A DNA stretch of 64,000 bases from Candidatus Latescibacterota bacterium (GCA_965116875.1 OZ220733.1:4896001-4960000), one strand, 5' to 3'. Numbered from the stretch's first letter, positions 29,650-40,162 are shown. Notes: generated from the sequence alone by a model not told the origin. A program made the numbers and translations.

Positions 29650-30072
29650 TCAGTCTTCGGGATTCTCGAAATTGATTTGCCACCGGATACCGAATTTGTC
29701 GACGCACATCCCGAAATAGTCCCCCCAGAACATGTCCTGCATCGGCATCACCAGATTTCCGCCCTCCGAAAGCCCGGCAAGCAGCCGATCCGCGTCCGCC
29801 TTGTTGTCAGGGCTGACCGTTATGGAAAAATTGCTGCCCGCCTGTGGAGAGGACCCGAACGTCGAGGCATGATCGCTTCCCATGAGTACGCTTTCGCCAA
29901 TCGGCAGCGACACGTGCATGACGCGGTCACGCTCGTCTTCCGGAACCTGGAGATCGGCGGGGCCGTCACCAAAGGTCTGTAAGAAAAGGAAATCTCCGCC
30001 AAACACGGAGCGGTAGAACTCAAACGCCTCCCGACACTCCTTTTCAAAGGTCAAATACGTATTCAGTTGCAA
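29650..30072 (-). CDS. PhnB-like VOC family protein
   Basis: GGAGG RBS before TTG 30072; LNTYLTF, EAFEFYRSVFGG, VMHVSL, LMGSD, FWGDYFGMCVDKFGIRWQ. Confidence 0.9.
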   Translation of the reverse strand: MQLNTYLTFEKECREAFEFYRSVFGGDFLFLQTFGDGPADLQVPEDERDRVMHVSLPIGESVLMGSDHASTFGSSPQAGSNFSITVSPDNKADADRLLAGLSEGGNLVMPMQDMFWGDYFGMCVDKFGIRWQINFENPED

Positions 30073-30220
30073 GGTCGCCTCCATTGAAACGTGCGGCAAG
30101 TTGCGCGCCACAGGGTGAATAGATGGCTTCCGCGGTCTGAGTTCAGATGCGGAAGCGCCGGAATTGAGCCGTTTCCGGATCGCCGGACTCTACGGTGCGG
30201 TCAAAAGCGTTTTCACCGCT

Positions 30221-31477
30221 CTACAGATACAGGCCGATCATACAGCCTGTGAGCATGGTGGCCAGGGTTCCGCCGACAAGGGATCGAAGCCCCAGTCGCG
30301 CCAGGTCGCCGCGACGGTCCGGGGCAATCCCCCCGATACCGCCGATCATGATAGCTACGGATCCGAAATTGGCGAACCCGCACAGGGCGTACGCCGTGAT
30401 GACAAAGGAACGCTGGCTGAGCGGCTCGGGCCCGTTCATCAGCCGGGCGAGGTCCAGGTAGGCCACGAACTCGTTCAGGATCGTCTTGAGTCCCATCAGT
30501 TCTCCGACGACTCGGGCATCGGCCCAGGAAATTCCCATCAGCCAGACGAACGGGCGAAACAACTCGCCGGCGGCCGCCTGAAGGCTCCAGCCGCTCGGGT
30601 CCGCGTTGAACATGACGTCAATCTTCCCAATGAACAGGTTGGCCAGGGCGACAAGGCCGAGGAAGGCGACGAGCATCGCGAGGATGTTGATGACCAGATG
30701 CATGCCCTCGGCGGCGCCGCGAGCCGCGGCGTCGAGGCCGTTCAGCGTGTCTTCCCGGGGAAGCTCCACCTGGCTTCGGGAAGTGACGGGATCGCCGGTC
30801 TCCGGGATCATCAGCTTGGACACGGCAATCGCCGCGGGCGCGCTGATCAACGAAGCCGTGAAAAGATGGCCGGCGATATCCGGATTGACGTCGCCCAGCA
30901 TGGTCGAGTAGATCACCATCACCGTACCGGCGATCGTGGCCATCCCCACGGTCATCAGACAGAACAGCTCGCTCTGGGTCATCCGGCTCACATACGGCCG
31001 GATCAACAGCGGGGATTCCGTCATTCCAAGAATGACGTTGCCGGCGGACCCGACGCTTTCCGCCGAACTGAGCCCGAGCGACTTCTGCATAAACGCACTC
31101 AGCCGACCAATCACCCAGGGCAGGATCCGGTAGTGATAGAGCATTCTGGAAACCGACGCCACAAAGATCAGAATCGCCGCGATTTCAAGGGCGACCACGG
31201 GCCCGTATCTGCTTGTGAATTCGGGATTGGACAATCCGGAGAAGAGAAGCGATTCGTTGGCCTTCAGGGCGGTGGTGCGAAGCAGTTCGGTGAGGGCGCC
31301 CACCACGCTGAAGACGTAATGCCGCAGCCCGGTCCTGACGAGGATGCCGGTCAGCAGCAGCTGCAGGCCGCTGGCAACCGCGACGGTCTTCCATGGGATT
31401 CGCCATGTGCGCCGACCCAGGCACCATGCGACGGCCAGAAGGACGACATATCCGATGGCGCTGTGAAGCACCGTCAA
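30221..31477 (-). CDS. Concentrative nucleoside transporter (NupC/CNT family)
   Basis: GMTESPLLIRPY, GMATIAG, KTILNEFVAY, YALCGFANFGS. Confidence 0.93.
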   Translation of the reverse strand: MTVLHSAIGYVVLLAVAWCLGRRTWRIPWKTVAVASGLQLLLTGILVRTGLRHYVFSVVGALTELLRTTALKANESLLFSGLSNPEFTSRYGPVVALEIAAILIFVASVSRMLYHYRILPWVIGRLSAFMQKSLGLSSAESVGSAGNVILGMTESPLLIRPYVSRMTQSELFCLMTVGMATIAGTVMVIYSTMLGDVNPDIAGHLFTASLISAPAAIAVSKLMIPETGDPVTSRSQVELPREDTLNGLDAAARGAAEGMHLVINILAMLVAFLGLVALANLFIGKIDVMFNADPSGWSLQAAAGELFRPFVWLMGISWADARVVGELMGLKTILNEFVAYLDLARLMNGPEPLSQRSFVITAYALCGFANFGSVAIMIGGIGGIAPDRRGDLARLGLRSLVGGTLATMLTGCMIGLYL

Positions 31478-31636
31478 TTCCGGACTCCTCTTTGTGGAAC
31501 GCGGGCGCCGGGGCGGGTAACATCAATGAAGACGACGCATTTGCGCCACGTTCGGGACCGTCGCCAATAATAGGCGAAATCGTATGAATCGTCAAGCGAT
31601 TTCCCGCCCAAAGGCCGTTGTCCTTCCTGGTACCCC

Positions 31637-31665
31637 TTGACAAGGATGACTGAAAGCCCTATTGT
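31637..31665 (+). promoter_or_regulatory. Putative sigma70 promoter for gmd
   Basis: TTGACA-17 nt-TATTGT. Confidence 0.6.
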
Positions 31666-31815
31666 TGAATCTGCCGTCGTTGTACGGCCCGGTCGCTGCA
31701 ACTGCGTTCACAGGCGTAATTTGCGCCAGTCCCGGATATCCTGGCATGGTCGAAATGAGCAACCTGTATCCAACGTGCCTTGCGCGTTTCGAAACCCGGT
31801 CGCCGCGAGGTTCGC

Positions 31816-32889
31816 ATGCGGCCTGACAACCCCGAAAAGACCGCTCTGATAACGGGAATCACCGGCCAGGACGGCTCCTATCTTGCTGAGTACCTGATCG
31901 AAAAAGGCTACGTGGTGCATGGCATCATCCGGAGGGCGTCCCTGTTCAATACCGAACGGATCGATCACCTGTTCGCCGGCCCCCAGGACCCCGGCCGGCG
32001 GATGGTCCTGCACTACGGCGACCTCACGGATACGGCGAATCTGATTCGAATCGTCCAGGAGGTGCGACCCGACGAGATCTACAATCTGGGTGCGCAAAGC
32101 CACGTGGCGGTGTCCTTTGAGACCCCTGAATACACGGCGAAAGTGGCTGCATTGGGGGCGTTACATCTGCTCGAAGCCATCCGCATCTGCGGCCTGGCGG
32201 ATCGAACCCGTTTCTACCAGGCATCCAGTTCGGAGATGTTCGGCAAGGCAGCCGAGACTCCCCAGAGGGAATCCACGCGGTTCTACCCTCGATCGCCTTA
32301 CGCCGCAGCCAAGGTATACGCCTACTGGATCACGGTGAATTACCGCGAGGCATATGAAATATTCGCCTGCAACGGCATCCTGTTCAATCACGAGTCCCCC
32401 GTTCGGGGGGAGACGTTCGTGACCCGGAAGATCACCCGGCGACTGGCGCGCGTGACGGTCGGATTGGACGAATGCGTGTACCTCGGCAATCTGGACGCGA
32501 TGAGAGACTGGGGCCATGCCCGGGACTATGTCCGGGCCCAGTGGCTGATGTTGCAGCAGACCGCGCCTGACGATTACGTCATCGCATCGGGACACCAGCA
32601 TTCTGTTCGCGCATTCGTAAACCTTGCCGCCGAATATCTGGGGCTGGAGCTGGAGTGGCGCGGGAATGGCGCCGACGAAGTCGCGATCAATACGGCAACG
32701 GGAGGCGCTGTTGTGCGCATCGACCCAAGGTACTTCCGGCCGACCGAAGCACAGTCACTCCTGGGCGATGCGTCCAAAGCGCACAGGAAACTCGGCTGGC
32801 GCCCGATGATCAGTTTCGAAGACCTCGTCCGGGAAATGGTCGATGCCGACCGCAGCCTGGCAGAGCGCGAGGCGTCCGCGCAGCTTTGA
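31816..32889 (+). CDS. gmd: GDP-mannose 4,6-dehydratase
   Basis: [67 protein letters not shown]. Confidence 0.97.
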   Translation: MRPDNPEKTALITGITGQDGSYLAEYLIEKGYVVHGIIRRASLFNTERIDHLFAGPQDPGRRMVLHYGDLTDTANLIRIVQEVRPDEIYNLGAQSHVAVSFETPEYTAKVAALGALHLLEAIRICGLADRTRFYQASSSEMFGKAAETPQRESTRFYPRSPYAAAKVYAYWITVNYREAYEIFACNGILFNHESPVRGETFVTRKITRRLARVTVGLDECVYLGNLDAMRDWGHARDYVRAQWLMLQQTAPDDYVIASGHQHSVRAFVNLAAEYLGLELEWRGNGADEVAINTATGGAVVRIDPRYFRPTEAQSLLGDASKAHRKLGWRPMISFEDLVREMVDADRSLAEREASAQL

Positions 32890-32996
32890 AAACAGATCGA
32901 ACTGGATTCGCAGCGTCTGCAAACTCGCGTTCCGGCACCCGGGAAGCGGGTCAACCGGCAGAAACGAAGGCCACTTCAAGGAGTTCAGTCAGATCC

Positions 32997-34280
32997 ATGG
33001 GCGACAGAACGCTTTTTGATGCATCATACGAAAAACGCAGGAACCCGCTGCTGCAGCAGGTGCTGGAGCGGCTGTACCCGATATACTCGTCTGAAGAGCG
33101 CGAGGTCATACGTATCGATTCCATCAGCAGGGTGCTGCTCTCGCGCCCGTCGGGGCGGGGCTTTGTCAACCGCGACATCCTCGAAACCGTACTGGGAAAT
33201 CTGCTCGAATGCGTCGCGCCCGGCTCCCATAACGTCCAGGCGGCCGGACCGTCTGACAGTCTCGAGGATGGAATCGGCGAAATCGCGGACCAGATCTATG
33301 CGATGATCGTGCAGTCTTTCCTGGCCGCCGAAGGAAACGGCAGAGATATCGAAACCCCGGCCCTGGACGCCACCTTCTCGCTCCTGTCGGACCTGCCCCA
33401 CCTCAAGAGCCGCGCACTGTGGAACCGGTTCGCTTCGTTGAAGGATCCGGCGGTATGGGATGCCTATGTCATGGGCAAACACAGGAGCCGCATGGGAAAG
33501 CTGGCGGACCTGGACCACGGTCCCGTTCTGGATGCCGCGATTGATTCACGTGATTTCAAACCATATCGGGATTTTCTGAAGACTCAGAATCTGGACTTTG
33601 CATTCGACTATCTCATGCAACTCGTGATCAGCACCTATCCCGGCTGGCGCGTACTCTTCTATCATGACGTCGCCCACGCCCTTACCGTGTCCGGCCCCGC
33701 GGACGGTCTGCCGGACGTCGAACGGATACCGGTCCCTTTGTTGCCTCGCGCAATTTCGGAACTCGGCGGCCGGTATTATCAGGCCGACCTTCACCCCGAA
33801 ACCGTGATCGGGGATGCAAACTTCCTGGATCATCCACACCGGGGCCTGACAACCGGCCAGACCGGTGTGATCGGTTCGGGCTGTTACATCTATCCCTGCA
33901 CGATGGGCGGCCTCAGCGGCAGAGTCAGGCATCGGCATCCTGAAATCGGGGACCACGTTCAAATCGGGACCGACGCCACCCTCCTCGGGCCCGTCAGAAT
34001 CGGCAACCATTCGACTGTGGGGCCGAATACCCAGGTGTACGGCTATGTACAGACGGACACGGAATGCCGAATCGCCTCGTCGGTTGTGGTCGGCACCGTC
34101 TTGAGCGGAGACAGGAGGCCGGGAAAAGTCTGTCTTGGCAAGGGGGTCCGCGTGGGCGACGGAACCGTGATCGAAAACAGCACCGAGCTCGACCTGATCA
34201 TACCCGACAAGGCGGAAATCCCCGCCAGAAGCCATGTCATTAACGACGGATTCGGCAATCCCCGTTTCGTACGGGAATAA
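32997..34280 (+). CDS. Divergent serine-acetyltransferase-like hexapeptide-repeat protein
   Basis: C-terminal left-handed beta-helix repeats; LLPRAISE, ADLHPETVIG, FLDHPH, RHPEIGDHVQIG resemble CysE; long unrecognised helical N-terminus. Confidence 0.7.
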   Translation: MGDRTLFDASYEKRRNPLLQQVLERLYPIYSSEEREVIRIDSISRVLLSRPSGRGFVNRDILETVLGNLLECVAPGSHNVQAAGPSDSLEDGIGEIADQIYAMIVQSFLAAEGNGRDIETPALDATFSLLSDLPHLKSRALWNRFASLKDPAVWDAYVMGKHRSRMGKLADLDHGPVLDAAIDSRDFKPYRDFLKTQNLDFAFDYLMQLVISTYPGWRVLFYHDVAHALTVSGPADGLPDVERIPVPLLPRAISELGGRYYQADLHPETVIGDANFLDHPHRGLTTGQTGVIGSGCYIYPCTMGGLSGRVRHRHPEIGDHVQIGTDATLLGPVRIGNHSTVGPNTQVYGYVQTDTECRIASSVVVGTVLSGDRRPGKVCLGKGVRVGDGTVIENSTELDLIIPDKAEIPARSHVINDGFGNPRFVRE

Positions 34281-34344
34281 AAGAACAGCGGAGCCTGGAC
34301 GTCAAATGCTCCGCTTCACCGGATCCCGGGCCGTTTCCTGCAAT

Positions 34345-35172
34345 CTACTTCCGCGACGGAGCGTCCGGCGCTTCCCTGTGGAACTGGATATCGGCATACC
34401 AGGTGGACGCCCGGCTGTTCGTATTGTCGGTGTCCGTCATCAGATAGACCCGTAAAATCTTGCCCGGCTCCTCCCCCGGGTATCCCCGTTTATAGTCTTC
34501 GTAGAGATTCCGCGCCTCCGGCACCCACTGCTTCATGCGGGTCCGCCCGCTTTCCACGACGATTCGCCGCCACGACAGCTTCCAGACAAACGGGATAATG
34601 GTGGTTTCGGTCTTGAACATCAACGACTCCGGCAACGTGTTGGACCAGACGTACGCAATCTCACGGATTTTGTTCGTGCCCTTTTCAAGGATCGCAATGC
34701 CCAGTTTCGCATTGAAGTCGTCGTCCCGCTTGTTCAGCTTGCCACCCTTCTCCAGCCGCTGGCGGCCGATCGTCGAATAGTCCACCTTCCACCGCCAGGT
34801 CAGATAGGGGTTCTCAGACACGTCGATCAGCCTGTCGAACCCCTGCTTCCTGATGATGCTTCCGAATTCTCTCGGCGGGCGCTTGCACTGACCGATCCAC
34901 GGATATCGGATCGGGTCCAGCGCCATCGGTCTGCCTGATCGTGTCGGGATCTGCCAGAGAAGCGCGGCCGACCCCTCGCTGACGAATCGCACCGCATTGT
35001 TCGCGTACTGAAACTTCGTCTTTGAATCGCACTCGGCCCAGTCTCTTTGCAGCCATGAACCCATATCGACCCGCAACCCGCCGCCTCCCGCATTTGCAGC
35101 TTCAAAGGCTACGCCAGCGCACCAGGAAAGCGTGAAGCAGGCCATCCAGCATGTCCGCCGGACATTCAGCAT
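34345..35172 (-). CDS. DUF3047 family exported protein
   Basis: Signal peptide; PYLTWRWKV, DDFNAK, AYVWS, IVVESG, WVPEARNLYEDYKR, MTDTDNT, WYADI. Confidence 0.8.
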   Translation of the reverse strand: MLNVRRTCWMACFTLSWCAGVAFEAANAGGGGLRVDMGSWLQRDWAECDSKTKFQYANNAVRFVSEGSAALLWQIPTRSGRPMALDPIRYPWIGQCKRPPREFGSIIRKQGFDRLIDVSENPYLTWRWKVDYSTIGRQRLEKGGKLNKRDDDFNAKLGIAILEKGTNKIREIAYVWSNTLPESLMFKTETTIIPFVWKLSWRRIVVESGRTRMKQWVPEARNLYEDYKRGYPGEEPGKILRVYLMTDTDNTNSRASTWYADIQFHREAPDAPSRK

Positions 35173-35196
35173 ATCGCTATGTACTCAACCGACGGA

Positions 35197-36312
35197 TTAC
35201 ACCGACGAGATTTCATTGTAGACCCCGATCGTCTTTCGCGCACAGTCCTGCCAGTTGAATCCGGCCGCCCGACGCCGTCCACTGACCGCAAGACGTTCCC
35301 GCAACGCCTCATCGCGAATCAGTCGCGTCATCCCGCCCGCGATGGACCGGACGTCCATCGGGTCGACAAGAACCGCTGCGTCGCCGGATATTTCCGGAAG
35401 CGACGACGCATTGGACGTCAATACGGGACAACCGCTCGCCATTGCTTCGATTACGGGTAGTCCGAATCCCTCGGCAATCGATGGAAAAGCGAAGAACATG
35501 GCTTCCTCGAAGCAGGCGCGAACCTGGCCATCACTCAGCTGCTCGGTAAATATGACGTTTCGATCGATCCCAAGGTTCCGGGTGAGTTCAGCCAGAGTAC
35601 CGTAACCATCGCCCCGTCCGCTGATCAGCAGGGACAGATCGGCACATTGCTTCGAGACCTGGCCGAATGCTTCGATCAGACGTCGGATGTTCTTGTACGG
35701 TTTTGTGTTGCCCAGTGAGAAGATGAACCGCCGGCCCCGGCAGACATCGGGAAGTTCGCGGGAATCGTCGTTGTCCGCGCAGGACCCGTCGCTTCCGTGA
35801 TGGATCACCGTGAATCTGGAAGGCGGCCCCGGGTATCGCGCGAGCGCGTCCTGCCGTGTCGTTTCCGATACCGTGATCACGTGATGTGCTTTTCTTACGG
35901 AACTGCCGATCCAGGGACCCGCGAATCGCCGCGCCATCCAGCCTCGCCAACGCGCTTCATAGGCAATATCCGGATAATTGATCCAGATCAGGTCATGCAG
36001 GGTAAGGACGATCCGCCTGGCGCAAACACCCAGGGGAAGAAGATGAAAGAGACAATGATAGATGTCGGCCTGAAGCGGGTTCACAACTCTGGCCCCCCCG
36101 AGGAGATTTCGACCCGTTGAGATCCCGAATGGAACAGCGATGTCGGTAAAATTGGGCTGTACCACAATCGGACGCGGGTAGGACGCCCGCCTGAGCAGCA
36201 GGTACTCGTTGTGCCGGTCCAACCGGGCGATCTCCCGAACCAGGCTGAACGCGTACCGGCCCACGCCGGTTTCCACGTCACGGATCTCGCGCGCGTCAAT
36301 ACAGATTCTCAC
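35197..36312 (-). CDS. Glycosyltransferase family 4 (mannosyltransferase-like)
   Basis: MRICIDAR, TGVGRY, TLHDLI, KPYKN, FPSIAEGFGLPVIEAMASG. Confidence 0.93.
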   Translation of the reverse strand: MRICIDAREIRDVETGVGRYAFSLVREIARLDRHNEYLLLRRASYPRPIVVQPNFTDIAVPFGISTGRNLLGGARVVNPLQADIYHCLFHLLPLGVCARRIVLTLHDLIWINYPDIAYEARWRGWMARRFAGPWIGSSVRKAHHVITVSETTRQDALARYPGPPSRFTVIHHGSDGSCADNDDSRELPDVCRGRRFIFSLGNTKPYKNIRRLIEAFGQVSKQCADLSLLISGRGDGYGTLAELTRNLGIDRNVIFTEQLSDGQVRACFEEAMFFAFPSIAEGFGLPVIEAMASGCPVLTSNASSLPEISGDAAVLVDPMDVRSIAGGMTRLIRDEALRERLAVSGRRRAAGFNWQDCARKTIGVYNEISSV

Positions 36313-37841
36313 CCCGCCTCCTTTTGGAAGATACGTCTGATCCGGCGATAGACCCGCAACCCAAACTGCTTTTCTTCCTCTTCAATACCAAGCAGAAAGA
36401 GAAATCCGCCGAATGCCAGAAAGACCAGCGCGGCGTGGCCCAGAACATCCCACAGCGGCGCGACCGGAGCGCGAGGTTCAAACGCCATCATCAGCGCTGC
36501 GGTGGCGAAGCCGGCAAGCAAAGGCTTGCAGAGTTTGATGGAAAACGCATGAACGTTCAACCGGCGAAACACCCACCATGAGGAGAGCGCCGGCGACAAA
36601 AATGCCGTGAACGTGGCGCCGATTGCGGCGCCCGTCGGGCCGAACCGTCGTACCAGGACGTACGTGCCCACCCCGCTGGTCAGAAGCGTTACGATTCTCA
36701 CGCCCATGAGCGCGTCGGGATGCCCGGTCATGACCAGAACATAGCCCGACAGACCCAACAAACCGGTTGCGGCGGCCCCGAACAACAAAATCAGCAGCCA
36801 CGTGTATCCGGATGAGAATTCGGGTCCTACGAATGCGGCAATCCGGCTTCCGTTCAAGGCGAACACGAGCAGGATTGGAATGGTGGCCAGCGTCACCCAT
36901 CGTGTCACAAGCTTGAAGAATTCGTCCAGGCGCGAGATCTCGCCCCGGGCGTGGTATTCCGCAAAGAAAGGGTTCGCGATTGGATCGAAGGCGCCGGAAA
37001 TGGCGCGGACGATTCCGGCCAGTTGAATCATCACGCCGTACACGGCGATGGTTTCGGGTTCGATAAACGATCCGACAATCACGACGTCCAACCGTCCATT
37101 CAGTTCCGCGATCAGGTCGATCAGAAACATCGACAGTGAAAAGCGGAAGAGTTTGCGCTCCAGCCCATTCCCCTTTCCGGACCATGATCGCCATGGATAA
37201 AACCTGAAAACCGGCACAATGGAACAGAAGAACACGACGGCTGTTGCAACCAGGTACGCCGCGCAGATCCCGGACAGGTCCATCCCGAGAACGTAAAACA
37301 AAATCGCAAAACCGATCAACAGTGCGGGTTCGGTGAGTCCTTTGACGTACAGCTGGTATTCCATCACCTTGTGAGCGATCGGTATCTGCAGCAGCAATCC
37401 GCCGACGGTCTGGAAAAAGACGACAAATGCCATCCACCGGAGTGCGGTTTCCACGCGCTCCCGACCGATCAGTCCCCCCAGCGCGTCCGAAAAGAGATAG
37501 CAGCCCAGGCTTACGACGAGGCTCAGCACGCCTCCCGCGAACAGGGCGCTTCTGACACACCCGAGGGCCCGGCGTTTTTCGCCCCTGGATTCATGATGGG
37601 CCACCTGCCGCAGCATTGCCTTGTCGAGACCGAAGAATGCGAATCTGGAGAACAGATTCACCCAGGTCCAGGCGAGATAGTAGAGTCCATAGGAGGCAGT
37701 GGAATAAAGACGGGCGGCAAGGAGATAGAACGCCGGACGGCCCAGCTTCGAAAACAGCGCCAGGAGATTGACGCCCACGCCGCGGGAGAGCGTCGCCAGA
37801 TCCAGCGCGTTTCGCGCCTCTTCCTCGCAATGGTCAGCCAT
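36309..37841 (-). CDS. Oligosaccharide flippase (Wzx/MOP superfamily)
   Basis: About 510 aa with roughly 12-14 hydrophobic helices; ARLY..ASYG.Y, RLDVVIVG, AVYG, FGPTGAAIG; lies between two glycosyltransferases. Confidence 0.85.
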   Translation of the reverse strand: MADHCEEEARNALDLATLSRGVGVNLLALFSKLGRPAFYLLAARLYSTASYGLYYLAWTWVNLFSRFAFFGLDKAMLRQVAHHESRGEKRRALGCVRSALFAGGVLSLVVSLGCYLFSDALGGLIGRERVETALRWMAFVVFFQTVGGLLLQIPIAHKVMEYQLYVKGLTEPALLIGFAILFYVLGMDLSGICAAYLVATAVVFFCSIVPVFRFYPWRSWSGKGNGLERKLFRFSLSMFLIDLIAELNGRLDVVIVGSFIEPETIAVYGVMIQLAGIVRAISGAFDPIANPFFAEYHARGEISRLDEFFKLVTRWVTLATIPILLVFALNGSRIAAFVGPEFSSGYTWLLILLFGAAATGLLGLSGYVLVMTGHPDALMGVRIVTLLTSGVGTYVLVRRFGPTGAAIGATFTAFLSPALSSWWVFRRLNVHAFSIKLCKPLLAGFATAALMMAFEPRAPVAPLWDVLGHAALVFLAFGGFLFLLGIEEEEKQFGLRVYRRIRRIFQKEAG

Positions 37842-38751
37842 TACGCCTCGCAGATCCGCCCCCCCGGCATGATTTCCGATACAGACCCATCCCGATGCGG
37901 ATTCCCCGTACAAGCGCCTGCAGCTTCCGCGGCATCGTCCACCAGTAACCGGCTGCGCCAAAACGACCGCGGAGAATAAAGAAACGGACGAACAGATTCA
38001 GAATAAAATACGGTACAAGCCGTGCGTCACAGTGTTTCCGCCAGAAGTATAACTCGTTGGCATAGGTCAGCGGGTCGGCCGCCTGATCAGAAACGCGGCA
38101 GCCTCCGTAGGGCGCTGCATGGTGGAAGACAACGGCTTCAGGTTCGAAAACCATGCGGCCGGCTCCGTACTCGAGATAGCGGAGACAGAAATCCGTCTCT
38201 TCCCGAAGCTGGCTGCCGGCGAATTGCTCGTCAAACCCGCCACAGCGCAGCGCCTGTCTGCGAAGGAAGGAAAGATTGCCTCCCCCTCCATGCATGACGC
38301 TCCGGCGGCGCGTCGCGTAGAAATTCGAGATCACGTGACCGTACCAGGTCACTTCGCCGCAACGCCTCGGCTCCCGTCGTCCCTGGCTTCGCGAACTGAT
38401 GATCCGGCCGGCAACGGCGCTGACGCCGCCGGAGGCGTAGTTGCGCATATGCATCGAGATGAAATCGACAGGCAAGTCAACGTCGTCGTCAAGGCAGAGA
38501 ACCACCGTCCCTCGTGCGACATTCATTCCAAGGTTCTTCGCTCGGGTCCCGCACGCCGTCTCCGTACGAATGTACCGGATGCGCGCACGGATGGACGCCA
38601 GGAAATTCGTTATCTCGGGCGGGTGTCTGTCTGTCTGATCGACGACGATGATTTCGAACGAGGGGTAGGACTGGCGCAACACCTGCTCCAGCGTTCTCTT
38701 CAAAAACACCGAGCGGTTGTACGTTGGGATAATGACCGATACGTGTATCAT
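37834..38751 (-). CDS. Glycosyltransferase family 2
   Basis: VSVIIPTYNR, EIIVVDQ, CLDDD, GGFDEQF, REETDF; start placed at ATG 38751 (the ORF is open to 38904). Confidence 0.9.
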   Translation of the reverse strand: MIHVSVIIPTYNRSVFLKRTLEQVLRQSYPSFEIIVVDQTDRHPPEITNFLASIRARIRYIRTETACGTRAKNLGMNVARGTVVLCLDDDVDLPVDFISMHMRNYASGGVSAVAGRIISSRSQGRREPRRCGEVTWYGHVISNFYATRRRSVMHGGGGNLSFLRRQALRCGGFDEQFAGSQLREETDFCLRYLEYGAGRMVFEPEAVVFHHAAPYGGCRVSDQAADPLTYANELYFWRKHCDARLVPYFILNLFVRFFILRGRFGAAGYWWTMPRKLQALVRGIRIGMGLYRKSCRGGGSARRNG

Positions 38752-38896
38752 TCCGGAGGCAGTTCGATCGGGGTATCGGGTACAGGACGACATCGTCGAC
38801 CGGATAACGTCGGACTGGAGGCGTGACCGGGTAAACCCTTCGCCCGCACCGCGGTCCGCAGGCGCGGCCATAGCCGAAATGCGGGACGTACATTCC

Positions 38897-39979
38897 CTAT
38901 TCATCCAGCACGGGCAGCTCCGCGGATGGCGCGCCGGACGCGCAGAACGAGATGACCCGGTCGTCCAGGGAAGCTCCGTTCAACTCCCGGTAGTACGCAA
39001 ACAGGTACTCATTCATGTACCCTGCGTACCTGCCTCCCCTCGCCTCCGCCCACTCACAGACCCTTCTGTCCGGACCCGTGACGTCGTACCACTCACGAGC
39101 CAGTTTGAGCACCCACGTATCCACGGGCACGGCGTCAAGCCGTTCAAGCGCAAACAGGTCTATGCACTTGCCGACCTTCAGTCCGACACCGGTACCAGCC
39201 TGTTTTTTCAATGCATCCACGATTTCACGCCAGTCTTCCAGGGACAATTTTCCCGGATCGCCTCCCGCACAACCGGCGACAAACCGGGCCGTCTCAGCCA
39301 CGCGTTCGGACCGCCATCCGAAACGGTTGGCTCGGAAGTACGAACCCTCCAGCCGCGCCAGTGCTCCGGGTTCGGGAAACGTACAGTACTTGCTTCCCAT
39401 GAAACCGACTTCGCGGCCCCACGATTCAGCCAGGAAATTGACCCGCCGTTTGGTCAGATTCATATGGGCCTGCACCGACAGGATATACGAAATCACGCAT
39501 TCGAAAGGCATCTGCCGGACAAACCTGAATCCCTTCAGCAGATCACGCGCCCGGCGCAGGTACCCGTCTCTTCCAGGGACGCGAATCCGGGGTCTTTCGT
39601 TCAATCTCAGGTACCACTCGAGAAATCCGGCAACGGTCATTTCCCCCTGATAGGTCTGGACGCGTGACGCCGCGGCACGATACAGCAGCGTATCGCCCAC
39701 CTGACGCAGATGGAACACCGTATCGTAGGCAACACCTTTCCACCATCCATCCAGGTCCCGGCCCCACCGGAAAACCTGTCCTCCGGCCAGCGTATGCCCC
39801 AGATGGAAATGCCTGGTTTCAATATGGCCGGCTACAGTCTGACGGGAGGAGGCGCGGTTTACCCGCAGATCCGCGGCAACCCGTGCTTTCTCCGGCGCCA
39901 CGGGCCCCCGCCGGCGGTGCTTTATTGAAATCTCACCCATTTCGCTATCCATTATAGGTATTTTGATGGGATGCGGCAA
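38897..39979 (-). CDS. 8-oxoguanine DNA glycosylase (OGG1-type HhH-GPD)
   Basis: LGHTLAGGQVFRW N-terminal motif, RQMPFECVISYILS, GVGLKVGKCIDLFAL (catalytic Lys), AVPVDTWV (catalytic Asp), YAGYMNEYLF; start uncertain. Confidence 0.85.
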   Translation of the reverse strand: MPHPIKIPIMDSEMGEISIKHRRRGPVAPEKARVAADLRVNRASSRQTVAGHIETRHFHLGHTLAGGQVFRWGRDLDGWWKGVAYDTVFHLRQVGDTLLYRAAASRVQTYQGEMTVAGFLEWYLRLNERPRIRVPGRDGYLRRARDLLKGFRFVRQMPFECVISYILSVQAHMNLTKRRVNFLAESWGREVGFMGSKYCTFPEPGALARLEGSYFRANRFGWRSERVAETARFVAGCAGGDPGKLSLEDWREIVDALKKQAGTGVGLKVGKCIDLFALERLDAVPVDTWVLKLAREWYDVTGPDRRVCEWAEARGGRYAGYMNEYLFAYYRELNGASLDDRVISFCASGAPSAELPVLDE

Positions 39980-40133
39980 GTTTCCAGTTTTCCCTGAGGC
40001 ATTACAGCAATTGAATGCCGCTGTTCCTTTCGGGAGCGGGGCTTGCGTCCGACCGGCGCCCGGGGCCGCCCGACCTCTGAAATGTCGGCCGCTGCAGGTG
40101 GAAATTCGAAGGCTTCACCCTCCGATCCCTCGC

Positions 40134-40162
40134 TTGACTCCGCCCGGGTATCCGTTTATGTT
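40134..40162 (+). promoter_or_regulatory. Putative sigma70 promoter for the ABC-DUF1854 pair
   Basis: TTGACT-17 nt-TATGTT. Confidence 0.55.

Noticed and set aside
29650-30072. PhnB-like gene near phnA as evidence of a phosphonate cluster
   Set aside because: PhnB-like VOC proteins are not established phosphonate enzymes, and it lies on the opposite strand in another transcription unit
30164-31570. 468 aa plus-strand ORF
   Set aside because: Antisense shadow of the nucleoside transporter
32655-32996. N-terminal extension of the CysE-like ORF overlapping gmd
   Set aside because: Would overlap gmd by over 200 nt and is Arg-rich nonsense; ATG 32997 has an upstream AAGGAG
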